Assembly (NCBI RefSeq): GCF_009914755.1
Contig: NC_060936.1
Length of the DNA: 64,000 bases
Strand: one strand, 5' to 3'
DNA from: the human T2T-CHM13v2.0 reference genome, Homo sapiens
Numbering within the stretch: the first letter of the stretch is position 1; each line of letters begins with the position of its first letter. Of the stretch, positions 13,918-30,275 are shown piece after piece. The notes below the pieces were generated by a model that saw nothing but the letters and a program-made list of their open reading frames with translations, ran no database searches and was not told the DNA's origin. The position numbers were made by a program, and so were the translations under genes.

Positions 13918-15099
13918 TTTTTATAGAATTGGGGAAATTGTGCATGCTACAAAAAGGGCAAGAAAGCTGTTGTTAAGGCACTAAGTGGGAACATGTCTTT
14001 CTCCACCTTTGGTACCCTCCTGTTGCTCTCTACTCGTGCTGGTCTACCAGATGCCCCCTGGAATGCCTTAGAATACCTGCATTACCCACAGGGTAGCTAC
14101 TTCCCTATGACTGAGCTTAATTAGGTACTAAGAGGAAAAGAATATGATTATCTCATTAAAATAAGATCTCAGGTACTAAGGTGTGAAAGGTTGATTGGAT
14201 TAACATTCCCAGCAAGCATTGACATTTTAAGGGAATTTGCTAATCCAAATGGATTTCTAATTGACAGTTTACAGGAAAGAGTTATTTTTCAGCTGGGAAG
14301 GCTTCCAGGTATCTATTGTCCCTGCCCACTGCAGGCCACTGCTAGCAGAACAATAAATTGTTAGAATCCATTTATGGGCAAAATAGCATTATAATAAATT
14401 AAGCCACATTCATCTGAGTTATGGCAATAATGGTGATGAGAGGTTGAGCTGATTAGCTAAGATTAAGTTACATATTATGATAAAAATAGAGCATAAATAG
14501 ATAAGGACAGTTTTGGATTTAGGATTAGAAATACCAAAAGAGCCTATTTAGTTGGATGTAGAAAAGAAGTGAACTGAGAAGGAAATGAACATATTAAACA
14601 CTCTCAAATAAAACTAGATCTCTAGAAAGAATATAAGGGATTAAAAAAACTGAGTAAATAAAATTTATATCCAGATTCCTTGGCTGTATAAACTACTTAA
14701 AAATTGAAAACTAAGCTAACAAAAAGGATATTAAATAACTTGACTAATAACCATAGCACTGCTGCCTACACAATCCAAGAGGCAACTGTGTACATGAAAA
14801 GAATATCTTTCAGCAGAAGCTTCTAAAATCAAGCAAGCTACACATCCTTGACAGAGACTCAAAATGTAAGTTACATCTGCTAAACATGAAGTAAAAGAAG
14901 CATTTCTTTCCGTGCCTTCTGATTGGGATGAAAAACATAGGTAAAGCTTAAGAGAAAAATAAAATGGATTAAAAAGGAATTTTATTTCAGGCCAATAGGG
15001 AATGGAAAATGGGCACAATAGCACACAAAGTAAGAAAAGCTTATTTGGGGATGAGGGATAAGTCTGTATTCAGATTTGAGCAAAGGCATATACCCAGCA

Positions 15100-15250
15100 A
15101 GAGCTAAAGTATTTGACCTTTCTGAAACTCAATCTCTTAATCTACAAAATGGGTTTAATAATACCAACATTTTTTTCCCCCAGGGTTGTCTTGTGAACTC
15201 TGTGAAATGTACAGAGTGTCTGGCTCAATAAAAATAAAAATAAATATTTG
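15100..15250 (+). mobile_element. MIR SINE fragment
   Basis: tttctgaaactcaatctcttaatctacaaaatggg...cagggttgtc. Confidence 0.6.
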
Positions 15251-15374
15251 ATCTTTAACTCCAAAGGGAATAAAAGATGAGTTACATAATACATTGAATA
15301 CAATCAACTATAATTCACGTAATACGGATTCAGAGATTATAAGGAAAGAATACATTATTTATGCATATATATAA

Positions 15375-15743
<369 letters not shown>

Positions 15744-15764
15744 TCAGTTACTTATGTAAGAATT

Positions 15765-15897
15765 TTAGAGTCTGGGTGCAAATCCTGGCATCACCATACA
15801 TAGTTGTATAATCTTAGAAGTCATATTTAACTCTCTTTAGCTCAGTTTCCTGAATTGTAAAATAAGGGTAATAGTAATCCCTAATCTCACATGGTTC
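15765..15897 (+). mobile_element. MIR SINE
   Basis: ctgggtgcaaatcctggc...ctcagtttcctgaattgtaaaataagggtaatagta. Confidence 0.75.
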
Positions 15898-16559
15898 CCA
15901 TGGTACTTGTTCTTGCCAGGTTGCCTTTTAACTTTCAGTACCAGTGTTAGTGGCATGTATCTATCGTAAGTTCCAACTAACCCCAAGCTGTACTGAGAAC
16001 ACTGTATGTGTCTAGCAGCCTTAGGATGATGTGGTTTAAGGATCTAGAGAGACTTTAAGGTCCAATTCTATATTTGTTGTGCAAACAATTAAAGCTGCTT
16101 TCCTTCACAGCCCTGATTCTACACATGGTCTACGATTTCTTGGCTGTGTGGACTTTCTATATGGTCTTTTTTTCTATTTCACTGAGTCTGAAAAGATTGA
16201 GTTTATCTTTTCAGATTCAATGTTCTAATTTGTTTGCTGCTACCATTTTTAAACCAATTGTTTAAATAACAGGGATAAAACATGCATTCTATAAAACATT
16301 TGTACTATACCTGAGTGTATCCATCCCTAGAGGTAACCATTCTTATATACTTTACATGTTTAAATCCCAGACTTCTCTATATAAACAATAGACAGACAGA
16401 TCACTACCTAGGCAGGGATAATGCACAGCAGACACTTAATAAACATTTGTTGAGTGCATGCATTAATATGCAAACTGTATCAGAGACTGCTAGTTGCCCG
16501 CAAGTATCCATTCTTCCCATTCTACTCTTCTTTTATAGAACCCCTGATTTTAGCTAGGT

Positions 16560-16715
16560 GTTTTTATTATTATGTTTTAATTAGTACATCTATATCTCCT
16601 TCATTAGAATGTGAACTACTCACGAAGAAAAACCGTTTAATCCAATCTCATTTTCATAATTCCAAGGACAACATCTAACACCAACTGGGCATAAAGGAAA
16701 TGTTGAATGGATGAC
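16560..16715 (+). mobile_element. L2 3' end (a second L2 tail lies at about 16400-16465)
   Basis: attagaatgtgaact...aaatgttgaatggatga; cacttaataaacatttgttgagtg. Confidence 0.6.
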
Positions 16716-17024
16716 ACCACTTATTGATCCACCTGTTTTTCTGAATTGTTTACTCAGTGTAATTTGGGAAAGAGACCAACTCAATTCTCAATGGCCCCTA
16801 CCTTATTCACCCCAGTTAACTTGCCTTTTCTCAGCTGTGTACCATGCAATGGCTCATAAGCAAACAATGGCTATGAGCAAACTGATGAGGCTATTTCTGT
16901 TCTCTAAATTAATTTTCTGTAAGTAATTTGTATATTTTCTGCAGTGTTTTACTGACTCTTCTTAAACGTTGATTTTGTAAAACTGTAATCCTTTTTTCTA
17001 ACCGGTATGCAGTAGTTAGAATTC

Positions 17025-17352
17025 CTGTGGCGGTAATTTGGCAGTTTTGCCACTTGGGAATAAGTGGGGATGACTTCATTTCCCAGCCTCCCCTGCAGCA
17101 ACTGGATGTGAGCAGAATTCACATATGCATCTTCCGGATGACCCCCTCCCTACTGCCACCACCAACCCTTTTACCCATCCTGCTGGCCAAAATGCAGATA
17201 TAATGGTGGTGAGGCATCTTGGATGAAGAAAATTCCCCGGAGATGTCAGAGCAGCAGCATAGAAGGAGCCTGGCTCCCTGTTATGGTGGACTGCTTGTGT
17301 CCACATGGATACAGAGAGAGAAATAAATTTCTCTTAATGCCTTGCCTAATAC
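17025..17352 (+). mobile_element. MLT1I/J-like MaLR LTR (a related 5' piece lies at about 16477-16560)
   Basis: catttcccagcctcccctgcagc...gagcagcagcatagaaggagcctggctccctg...gagagaaataaatttct...ctaataca. Confidence 0.7.
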
Positions 17353-17607
17353 AAAAGCAGATTATTTCATCTCATAGTCTTCTCATTTCTCAGGCTGAAA
17401 ACCAAGTACCACTTGAGGTAATCTGTACTGATTCTGCTGCCTCCCCAAAGTCAACCCCAACAAACTGGAGACAAGGCATTCCAATGTGTATATGTCTACA
17501 GTGTACACCATAGGATGTGTTCACACATTTTTCTTCTCTCTAATGAGCAGAGATTATATCAGCTTACTTTCCTTTGCCCAATACTGTCATAACAGGAAAA
17601 TTCCACC

Positions 17608-18078
17608 TGTCAAGCATTTAGGTTTGGGGAGAATTCTATGATATCCATGGCATGAGTTTAAAAAACAGGCTTTATTAGGAAATTTATACATGCCAAGGGT
17701 CCCTTGATCCTTTCATCATCCCACAGAGAAGCATGCTGGGGCAGGGTGCTGCTATTGCTGCAGTTTGAGTCTGAGTTTCAGTGAAGAAATCCTCCTCTTT
17801 TGTGTGTCCCCTTTTTATAGGTAAAGCAGGGGAAGCAGTTGTCAGTGCTTGGTACCTGAGAGCCTCAATATAGGGTGCCAGCTGTTTATATGAATTGTCA
17901 GAGAAAGACAAGCCCCTGGCTACTTTAGTCTACCTGTCAAGGGGAGGAGGTCACAGGTCCTGTAGGAAACTGGGCATAGGTATAACCTCACACACTGGGT
18001 GAAGGAGGCAACCCATTCTCCCCTACCTTGTTCCACTGGTTTAATCCCAGAGGCAACAGGGTCAATCCAGGTTTGACA
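17608..18078 (-). mobile_element. Ancient solo LTR, probably Gypsy-class (LTR81/MamGyp-like)
   Basis: TGTCAA...TTGACA inverted ends. On the minus strand, TATAAAAAGG (~17810-17819) is followed by AATAAA (17671-17676), the expected LTR order. Family is inferred. Confidence 0.5.
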
Positions 18079-18979
18079 CTGTGCAGCTTTAAGGACAGAG
18101 AGCTGCATTAGAATAACAACTTTGAATAAATCTGTTACATTAGAGGAGTGCCAAAGTCTCTACAGATCACAAAGAGAATTCCATCACACAGATTTAAATG
18201 ATACATTCTAACAGCAATAGAATTTCATAAAATAAGCAAAAGACCTGTGAAATAGGGGTTAAGTCACCAAATGACAGATATCAAAGAGAATTTAAAATAA
18301 ATTATTTACATGTGATCATTAAAACAGCATAGGCAATGAACAGTAATTCATCTCCTAAAGTAATAGGAAGATTGATTTAAACCAATAAAGACTAAAATAT
18401 TCTAAGGTTGCTATAACTTTATTCTTTTTCATGTTCATATATTTATTATAGTAGCCTACTTTTGGGAGGATAACATTCATTTAAAAAAATTTTTTTAAGT
18501 TAAAATAAAAGTAGTGCCCAAGTGAGAAATTGAGAAAGAATTGTAAATGCAGCTTGTGGAACTCTGCAGGGTTCTTATTTTAGACCCTAAGGTAAGAACA
18601 TTAGAGTGAAAGCCCCCCAAAGTACTTTACATTCCATCATTGAACATTGTATCTCCATCAACTCTAAATGTAATGAAAAGGAAAAGGAGAACAGAAGAAT
18701 AAAATACTAGGAAAACTAAGACAGATAGAGGAGTTCGGTGAGTAGAGAAGCTAAGAGGGATGTGGCTCTTAACGGATGCTCAAAGTACAGGCAGAAAAGG
18801 GGTAACCAGCTATTCTCTCTTCTCATATTCTGCATTCTGTACCCACCCAAACCCAAAACCTCTTGCACACACTTCAGAAATTAAAGGTAAAAACATTCAG
18901 GATTGTTTCTGCCAAAAGGGTAAGGTGGAGTCCAGGGCATGATGACTGAATGCTTAGTTTATTTCATTTCTAACCTGGT

Positions 18980-19110
18980 TCAAAAGCCACCTCCTCCATG
19001 AAGCCTTCTCTTTCTGCTGGTGTGAACACCTCAAGGGCAGGAGTTAGGTCTTCTTGATATTCATGACTGGCTCTTAGGCAGATGCTCCATAAATGGGCAT
19101 TGAATTAAAT
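18980..19110 (+). mobile_element. L2 3' end
   Basis: cacctcctccatgaagccttc...tgtgaacacctcaagggcagg...gctccataaat. Confidence 0.7.
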
Positions 19111-20479
19111 AAGAATATAGATTTAGGGTGGTGCTTTCATTAACCTCAATGAGAAACATTTCATGGTTTGTTTAGCTAAAATAAATAGATTTAGGTTTGT
19201 GTCAAATTTATCTCGCTTATAAACTTGGCAAATCTGCTTTTAAGTTTCACATATAATCTGAAAGTGCTGACAACATGTGTCACAAGCTAATGTCTACATT
19301 ATGATCCAATGGTGGGAAGTGAAATCTAAAGTGACTTACATCACCTTGCTGCAATTTCAAATAAAAACAAAGCACAAAGCCATAATGAATCACTGTCAAT
19401 AAGGTAAGCATGCCACAAATCCAAGGGGCCAATGTAACAGGAATGGAGAGAGAGAATACTAGATTATCATTCTCACTGGCAGGACCTCAACTGTTCCACA
19501 AATCATTCATGAAAATGCTTCTTGTAGAGAGAAAAGATTTGTCCATATTATGAAAGGATATATTTATAACAACAGTCATAACAAAGTATAATGTAACAGT
19601 TTATTATTGTTATAAGCTTCCATTTAAGACACAGTGGAGGCTCTGGTTAGGATCATAGCTTGGAATGAATGAAGTGCACTGGTTGGGGTGTCAAGCATTT
19701 TTATCAAATACCTACATAGTCCTCCAGCTGTGAGTTTCATTAACCTTCTGTTTTCAAAGATACTAAATTCACATGTATATTTAAAGTGTTTTCTAGTTTG
19801 AAGCATAAAATAACATTTAGTTTTATAGTAAATTAAACCAAGTGCATTCTGATACAGAACTGAATAGAGTACTCCTCAAAATATCATATTTTCCAAGGAC
19901 AGTCATACATTTTGTTTATTTGCAATTTTAAATACCTAGAGAACAAGGACTTGTTCTCACTATTATATCCAACTTACAGCCTTATACATATAGGCAATTG
20001 ATATATGTGATTTGATGGCATAATACAGAGGCCCCTTAGTTGCTGGTCAGTATGAACTGAATTATTTAGCTACAGTACCATGGGCCAGAGACATTGCTTA
20101 CCTACACCTATTTAAATAAAAGCCATTTCTGTGAAGCTGTTAGTAAATTATCACCTGGTTAATTAAACACTGGATACCTTTGTGCTTCACTGTCTAGGGA
20201 AACTGTAGGGAAATATATAAAGCATTAATGTGACCCTTGACTTCAAGATTATAATCTTACTAAAAAAAATAAGGCTTGAGTTTTTAAAAATTACATTACC
20301 AAAATATAATGCCTCAAATAATAGAATAAATATAACATCTATTTCAAAAATAAATTTTAGCCAAGAAAATAAGACAACAATGGAGAACTATAGCTCAAAC
20401 GCTAGCGGAAACTTCTCAGTAGGGCATTTAAGATCTTCTATAATCCAGCCCTGAACTAACTTTGTAGTGGTATTTCTCT

Positions 20480-21255
20480 TTGACTCCCCAGCCCCTACCC
20501 ACCAATGCTGTGTATTCTAGCCAAAATAGAACATTCCTCCCTTCCCAAACTCTTTCATGCTCTTATATCCTAGGTATATGGCTATCCGACCCCATTTCTC
20601 AATGTAAAATAATCTCACTAGAGCAAAATTACTAGTATTTACTAACATCTGTGTTCTCTTCTATTTGGGCATATGGCTAAAATATATTTTCCAACCTCTC
20701 TTGTACTTAGATGTGGCTACGTATATGAATCATAGAAAATAAAATGTGAATGGAAGGAATGGGCCACTTTTTGACTTCCATCTGTAGACCACTTATTCTA
20801 AGGATCTGGGACACGGTAAAGTAACAGTAGGAAGAATCCAAGGTCCCCAAATCATTCTGTGGCACGCAGTCACCTTCCACCACTGCTGACCTGCTTTGAG
20901 CTGTTGACCTGTGACCTAAGTGAAAAATAAATCACCTATGATGTTATGCCACTGAGATTTGGGAGTTTCTCTGTTGTAGCAGCTAGCATTATTTACCTTA
21001 ACCAATATCTTCATTTATCTTTTCATCATACATCAAGGTTTCCTCCACTCAAAGTCTTTCCCTCTGCCTTAGGCAGAACTAATCACCCTCTTCATTTTGT
21101 TCCCAGAGCATTTATTATGTATATTTATTATTCATTGCTGTCTGAATCAGCTTGTGAGATCCTTGAAAGCAGATACTATTTTATTTAACTTTGAATTCTT
21201 AACGCCTATCCCATAGCAGACACTCAATGAATGTTTACTGAAAGTGGTTAAATGA
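20480..21255 (+). mobile_element. L2 3' region split by an MLT1 LTR
   Basis: ttgtgagatccttgaaagcag...gacactcaatgaatgtttactgaa tail; pyrimidine-rich L2 body on both sides of the LTR. Confidence 0.65.
20603..21008 (+). mobile_element. MLT1I/H-like MaLR solo LTR
   Basis: cttagatgtggctac...aaataaatcacctatgatgttatgccactgagatttggg...gtagcagctagc. Confidence 0.75.
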
Positions 21256-22939
21256 CTGATAGTATCTGATAAAGCTGCATTAATCTAATAGAAAGCTTAT
21301 ATATGAGTTTGATTTAGAACACAACAGAAAAAGAAAAGATTTTTCATGGTTGGTGAGAAAATGTTACTGTTGGATCCAGCAATGTATTCAATTCACACTT
21401 GAATGTCATGCTTAAACAGCATTTCCTTGGATAAACATGGTTCATTTTTTCCCTCTCCTTTTAACACTTAGCAGTGTGAATCATCAAATCCAGCCACAAT
21501 AAATGCATCTCCTCTTAGTTGCCCCTTAGGGGTTAAGTGACAACCTGCTGGTAAATAATTATGATCTGTTGTGATTTTCCAGAGTAGTTTTATTTTTCCT
21601 TTTGACAAAGGAATATAGACGATGGATGTATACATCTGGTATTCATTCAATAATAATCTAGCCACAAGTAATTGAAAAAAGGTCTGCTGAACAAATGTTA
21701 AAACTGAAAATCTGCAAAGGTTTATAGTCTATGTTATCAAAAATTGAAACAAAACCCATACATTTCCAAGGTGTTTGTAAGTCTTATGTGCCCACTTCCC
21801 TCCAAAAGCTGCAACACACACCGCAGCGTTTCTTGGGGATTATAGATGGAATGAAGCAAGCACACGTGTACATCCACACACATGCACACACAGGATACAA
21901 TTAGATTAAGTTGCGGGTTTAAATAACGAGAGAGACAACATATTCTATCTCCTGCAGCTTCTATGAGCCATTGTGACTCCTAGCAAGGGCAGAGAGCCGT
22001 CACTACACTGTCTGCTCAAGGTAGGGTCTCACAGGATCTAAAAGCACAATTTTTTCTAAACCACTGCCCTTTAACACTCAGAGCTGATACCATTATTCCA
22101 GAAGTAAGACTAACATGGAGTTCTCTTGATTCTCAAGCCAAAATCAGCCTGAGGAAGTCCCCATTTTCATGTAGGAGAAATGAAAACGGGAGGATAGAAA
22201 GTAATAAGAGGGTAGAAAGCCCAGATGCCTCTAAAAATAACTGCATGCCAGCATTTTGGGAAGCCAATTTCCCTGAGTCTGCCTGCTTCATTCTGATACC
22301 CTTTCATCTAGTTGGCTATCATGAAATTGATCAGAAGGCAATGATCAAAAATCCATTTCACTACACACAAAACTATGCCACCCTTTAGGAAGAAGCAAAC
22401 GAGTATGATTTTCACATTTTCTAAAATGCCATTATATCTTTTTGCTAGGGAATACTGATGGATATAACTTCCCAAACATAATGATTATTCTAGTAAAACA
22501 AAAGAAAGTGGGCCAAAATAAAACATCAGGAAACCTGTGATCTTTATCAGAAAATTTTCCTATTAAAAAAATTCCAGAGTAGGAATTGAGAACACATTTT
22601 GACAGTGGTGCCTGCTAATATTTAAAACATTAAAAAGGCAATGAAAAAACAAGCCTTTAATATTTTTTTAGAAATGTGAAATCTCTTAAAGCTGCTCTCT
22701 TTCATTGCATTATGTGATAAATAACTAACTAGGACTCACTTTATTTTTCCTTCCAAAGGCAAAGAGGGCAAAGAATGTGGCGAACTATTTTACATTCATG
22801 CTCTACATCCAGCCAGGTGGTCACCATACAGTGGTTTCTAATATGAGGCACCCTAATATCAAAGCCTTTTACATTGTTAAAAAATAACAAAGAAAGGTAT
22901 AGTAGCAATGAATTCATTAGCACAAAAAAGGATAGCAGT

Positions 22940-23835
22940 GTGTATCAGACAAAAGTCTTATGCACATCTTCATACTCCCTTGGCTATGCTTCCTCCCACC
23001 TGGGGAGCTAAGTTTCCACCACCAGCGTCACCTGCTCTGGGAGTGTTGAATGTTCTCTTGAGGCTGTGGCTGGGCAGTGGGACCTCTCCGTTACCCAGCT
23101 GAAGTTTCTGGATTCTCTGGCCACTCACAGATGTGGGAGCTGGCAGTCCACACTACAGCTGGAGAGGCCAATGCAACCTGGAAATGTCAGGGAATTCACT
23201 CCCCAAGGGGTGAACTCTGCCCTATGAGAATGGGGAGAGAGCAGGGCAGATAAATGCCCTCACCTCTCTTTTTCACTGTTGTGGAGTGTGGTTCTTTTCT
23301 CCAGCCTATCCAGTAGAGTTCCATGTGGCAAGTGGGTGCAGCTGCATGGCCAATGGCTGTGTCCCTTGTTGGTCTTGAGAAGCAGTAACCAGCCCTGGAA
23401 CCACTGCTTCCTGTTGCTTTACTTCCTCCCTTGCCTCCTTCCCCCATCCTTTTAAAAATTATGGTAAAAAGCACATAAATGTTACCATCTTAACCTTATT
23501 TAAGTGTACAGACCAGCAGTGTTAAGTATATTTACATTGTTGGGCAACAGATCTCTAGAACTCCTTCATCTTGCAAAACTGAAACCCCATGCCCACTGAG
23601 CACCAAATCCCCATTTCCCCTCCCCCAGACCCTGGCAGCCACCAGTCTACTTTCTGCTTCTATGAGTTTCACTACTTTAGACACCTCACGTGAGTGCAAT
23701 CATATCATATTTGTCTTTTGGTGACTCTCTTCCCTTTTCCTTCATCTCACTGGCCTGAATTTGTATATCCCCAATGAAGCATTGGTATTTCGATCTTTGC
23801 TTCAGGGTAGTCTTTAGAAAATTCTGGCTGGGACA
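22940..23835 (+). mobile_element. LTR16-family ERVL solo LTR interrupted by L1MB
   Basis: gccaatgcaacctggaaatgtcaggg...ccccaagggg...gataaatgccc; resumes after the L1 with aatgaagca...tttgcttcaggg...ctgggaca. Confidence 0.65.
23450..23727 (-). mobile_element. L1MB 3' end
   Basis: taccatcttaacc...taagtgtacag...catcttgcaaaactgaaac...ccctggcagccaccagtctactttctg. Confidence 0.85.
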
Positions 23836-24079
23836 CCATGTTCTGTATAACTGAGCATTAACTCATTGGCGCAGTGAACCTGTCTCCTGAAAATAGATCC
23901 TTGACTTGGATATTAAAACTAGTCTAAAACTTGTATCATGTAATAATGTTTCATGTTATAAGAACTCTTTTTCTGATGAACACCTGGTTCTCACTTCATA
24001 GAGCCTCAGTAATGGTGGGAATTAAGGTGGTAGGAGTGATAATGAAGGTGGTAGTGGCAGTGGGTGGTAGAAGAGGCAG

Positions 24080-24315
24080 TTAACTAGCATTAAGCTCTTT
24101 GAGCCAGGCAGCATGCATCATCTCATTTAATCCTGCCTGCAATGAGGTAAATTTCCTTATTGCCATATGATTCATATCATCATTACCAGATGACAACTGA
24201 GAATGTCAAGGTTAATCAAGAACTTGTCTGAGACCACAGAGCCAATGAATGGCAAAGCTGGGGTTTGAATCTAAGCCCTTCTGCCTTCAGAGACTGCCAC
24301 TAACCATGTGGTGCT
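24080..24315 (-). mobile_element. MIR SINE
   Basis: atctcatttaatcct...aactgag...ggcaaagctggggtttgaatct. Confidence 0.75.
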
Positions 24316-24370
24316 AGATAACCGCCACTATCTCAGTCAAATCCATCTAAACCCTATGTGCCAGAAACTT

Positions 24371-25289
24371 CTTTAATTTTTAAATTTTTGTGAGTACAGA
24401 GTAGGTGTATATATTTATGGGATACATGGAATATTTTGATAAAGGCATATAGGGACATCATTATCACATGAGGGTAAATGAGGTATCCATTACTTCAAGC
24501 ATTTATCATTTCTTTATGTTACAAATGATCTAATTATTCTTTTATTTTTAAATGTACAATAAATTATTGTTGACGGTTGTCACCCTGTTGTGCTATCAAA
24601 TACTAGATCTTATTCATGTATTTAACTATATTTTTGTGCCCGTTAGCCATCCCTCCTCTCTTCCCTCCCACACTGCCTCTCCCAGCCTCTGGTAACCACC
24701 TCACGTGAGTTGGATTGTTTTCATTTTTAGCACCCACAAATAAGTGAGAATATGTGAAGTTTGTCTTTCTGTGTCTGGCTTATTTCACTTAACATAATGA
24801 CCTTCAGTTCTATCCATGTTATTGCAAATAATAAGATCTCATTTTTTTTGTCTGTATAAGTCAATTCTGTGTAAGTACCACATTTCCCTTATCCATTCAT
24901 CTGCTGATGAACAAAGGTTCATCGGCAACAAAGGTTGCTTCCAAATCTTGGCTACTGTGAATAGTGCTTCAACACATATAGGAGTATTGCAGATACTTCC
25001 TCGATATACTAATTTCCTTTCTTTTGGTAATATACCTAGCAGTTGGATTGCTGGACCATATGGTAGCTCCATTTTTAGTTTTTTAAGGGACCTCCAAATT
25101 GTTCTCCATAGTGGTTGTACTAATTCATATTCCCACAACAGTGTACAAAGGTTCCCTTTTCTCTACATCCTCATCAACACTTGTTATTGCCTGTCTTTTG
25201 GATAAAAGCCATTTTAACTGGGGTAAGACGATATCTCACTGTAGTTTTGATTTGCATCTCTCTGATGATCAATGATGTTCAGCACCTTT
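24371..25289 (-). mobile_element. L1MA1-3 3' portion (ORF2 C-terminal remnant plus 3' UTR)
   Basis: ORF 24839-25138 reads [31 protein letters not shown]...[12 protein letters not shown], the L1 ORF2p C-terminus. Flanks cagaaactt / caggaactt resemble a TSD. Confidence 0.92.
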
Positions 25290-25541
25290 CAGGAACTTTT
25301 CTCATTGCTTTACATTCATCTTTTTGGTTGTTGGTAAATCCCCAACACAATTCTATGAAATGAAAAGCCTCATTGATGCATAAAAAATCTTATTATTTTT
25401 ACCCAAATAAATCTAGGAAGAAAATAAAGATCCCATATATTTTACTATAAAAATAAAACAGAAAAAATTACAAAATCTGTGAAAAAAACAACATATATTT
25501 ACACAATGTAGCTGGTTTAGAAATATTTTTAGAAAGCAAGA

Positions 25542-28117
<2,576 letters not shown>

Positions 28118-28589
28118 CAAGAAATACTTCTGAAAACAGAAGAGTATTATGAATTTAACTGGAGATAAAAATGACTGCACAATGAAGATTACGGAATATG
28201 AATATTCCACACATCTCAATTTGATCTGGAACTTTTCTCAGATCAAACTTCAAATTCTGTTAGTTAGTATCTTTTTTTTTTTTTTAATTCCCCAAAAGTA
28301 GCCTGGGTCACCTTTGTCTGTTAAAATGACCCAGTGTGTCAGATAGGTAGTGGAATGCAGTGAAAGCTTTGAGCTCTATGGAACCTCCAACTTACCACAC
28401 GGTGTAAGACAGCATAGCATGTCACCACAATTTCTTCAAATTTACTAGTCCATGCCTCTCAACTGACTTCGCAAAATGGTCTCTGCTTTCTTGCCTTTGT
28501 ACATCATGAGCACAATCAGACATTTACTTCTATCCCATTCTTTCCTTTTCAGCTCTCCCTACCCCTTCCTGCTTGACTCCACTGTAACA

Positions 28590-29140
28590 GATCCTTCGCT
28601 AAATCTTGCCTTTCCTCTATCCCAAGCATCACTACAGACAAACCTTTCTTAAGTACAAGTCTTTTCTCCACTCAAAAATTTCCACGGATTCTCCCTTGTG
28701 TCTTCCAAATTAAGTACATGCATCTTTGTCTGTCATCCAAGCCCACACATCTGCCATGTCCTCCAGCCAGAGCTGGGTGCAAGTCTTCCATGATACTTTT
28801 TGCTCCAGCTTATTTCTGCATATTTGCTTATTGTTTCCTTACCTAAAAGGAAGCCCGTACTGCCTCAACCCCAGACTTACCAATCCTTCGGAGACCTTCT
28901 CTAATGTTCCAGATCCCACAAAGTCTCATTTCCTTCCTCCATTAAATGTAATTTCTTCTTTTCCTTGTTCCCCGTCACATTGGAATTGTGACTCTCCTAT
29001 GGCACCCAGTTAACTCTGCCATGCATTATCTCCCTACTCAACTGAAAGCTTCTCAAGGACAGGTATTTCATATTGACCTGTGCCTTTCCTTTGGAGTCTA
29101 GCCCACAGCAGGGCTCATTAAATATACTTTTAAAGGAAGT
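28590..29140 (+). mobile_element. L2 3' region
   Basis: Pyrimidine-rich body ending actgaaagcttctcaaggacagg...gctcattaaata. Confidence 0.65.
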
Positions 29141-29283
29141 AGAAGCTTCAACACAGCAGTCTCGAGGACTTATGGTGTTAATAAGCTGGGTTCTGAAGAA
29201 ATCCTAGAGCTAGAAGAATCAAACCCCAGCTTCCTCAAGTCTCTGTGTTTCATTAAGCAACTAAACAAGAGAGAAGCAACAAA

Positions 29284-29520
29284 TGTGGTGCAGCAAGGAA
29301 AAGCATGGATTCTGTAGCCATGTGGCCTGGGGTGAGTCCTGGCTCTACCCCATACCAGCTCTGATGTGAACTTGGGCAGGTTACTTATTTCTCTCTGCCT
29401 CGGTTTCCTCACCTGTAAAATGAGGATAGTTACATTTCCTATCCCTCAGAGTTATTAAGAAAAATAAATCAGTTAATATTTGTATAGCACTTAACTCAGA
29501 GCCTGGCACATAATAAATTA
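29284..29520 (+). mobile_element. MIR SINE, near full length
   Basis: gtgaacttgggcaggttactt...ctctctgcctcggtttcctcacctgtaaaatgagg...gcctggcacata. Confidence 0.9.
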
Positions 29521-30042
29521 AAATAATGGGAAAACTAGGTCTCCATGGTTTTGCTCTTCCCATGATTATGACATTCAATTTTGAGATACAGGCATTTTGA
29601 ATTTGGAGACACTTTCTGGTGATTTACACTTGCTCAGTATGAACTTTCCTCAATAGTAAGTGTCAAGGCATAACTGTCAACAAGGAGATTCTAGACTGAA
29701 GGCAATTTACCTGGCCCCAAGGAAGACTCCTACTCCACAACTGCATCAACAGTTTCATTTGCCCCTGGTCAGAGGAGGCTGGGAGGACCCCAATCCCTGA
29801 TCAGAGGAGCCTACAATGAAAAACAAGGGGATGGAGCTTCTTAGTCTTCTTGTTAGTCTTCCTTTCCCTCTTTCATTTTCCTGTTACTTGTTAATACTTT
29901 TCCTATTTTCTCCTTATTGTTAATTTCAATAATATATGTTGTACAACTTCATATATGCTGTATGATTTAATATATGCTGTACAACTTAAAATTTGTGGCT
30001 AAACATCTGCTTAAATCCTTCGGTGCATAGATGCAAAAGTTG

Positions 30043-30275
30043 GTTCAATTCAATTCTACAAACACCACTAACACCATTCTGTACAAGCCACTGTGCTTAT
30101 GCTGGGAAATCAGAAAGAAATGAGCCAAAGTCCCTGCCCTCCAGGAAACTCATATTTATTTAAAGGAGACAGACATGAACACACACAACTGCAAGGTAAT
30201 GTATTAAATGCCTTAATCGGAGCATATACAATGTGCAGTGGTTACGCAGATTGATTCTGCCCTGGGGATTGGCTT
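30043..30275 (-). mobile_element. L2 3' end
   Basis: ttcaattcaattc...cactgtgctt...gtccctgccctccagga...gagacagacatg. Confidence 0.75.

Noticed and set aside
20102-20202. Minus-strand exon-like unit (atttccctacAG ... TAG|GTAAGC)
   Set aside because: No open frame, AT-rich body with competing internal splice sites, and no extra supporting structure.
21518-21544. Small hairpin gttgccccttaggggttaagtgacaac
   Set aside because: The stem is too short and imperfect for a pre-miRNA or MITE; expected by chance.
22231-22240. MEF2 consensus CTAAAAATAA
   Set aside because: A single AT-rich motif is expected by chance in 64 kb of AT-rich DNA.
24816-25205. 129-aa and 99-aa ORFs
   Set aside because: Antisense and sense readings of a degraded L1 ORF2 C-terminus.
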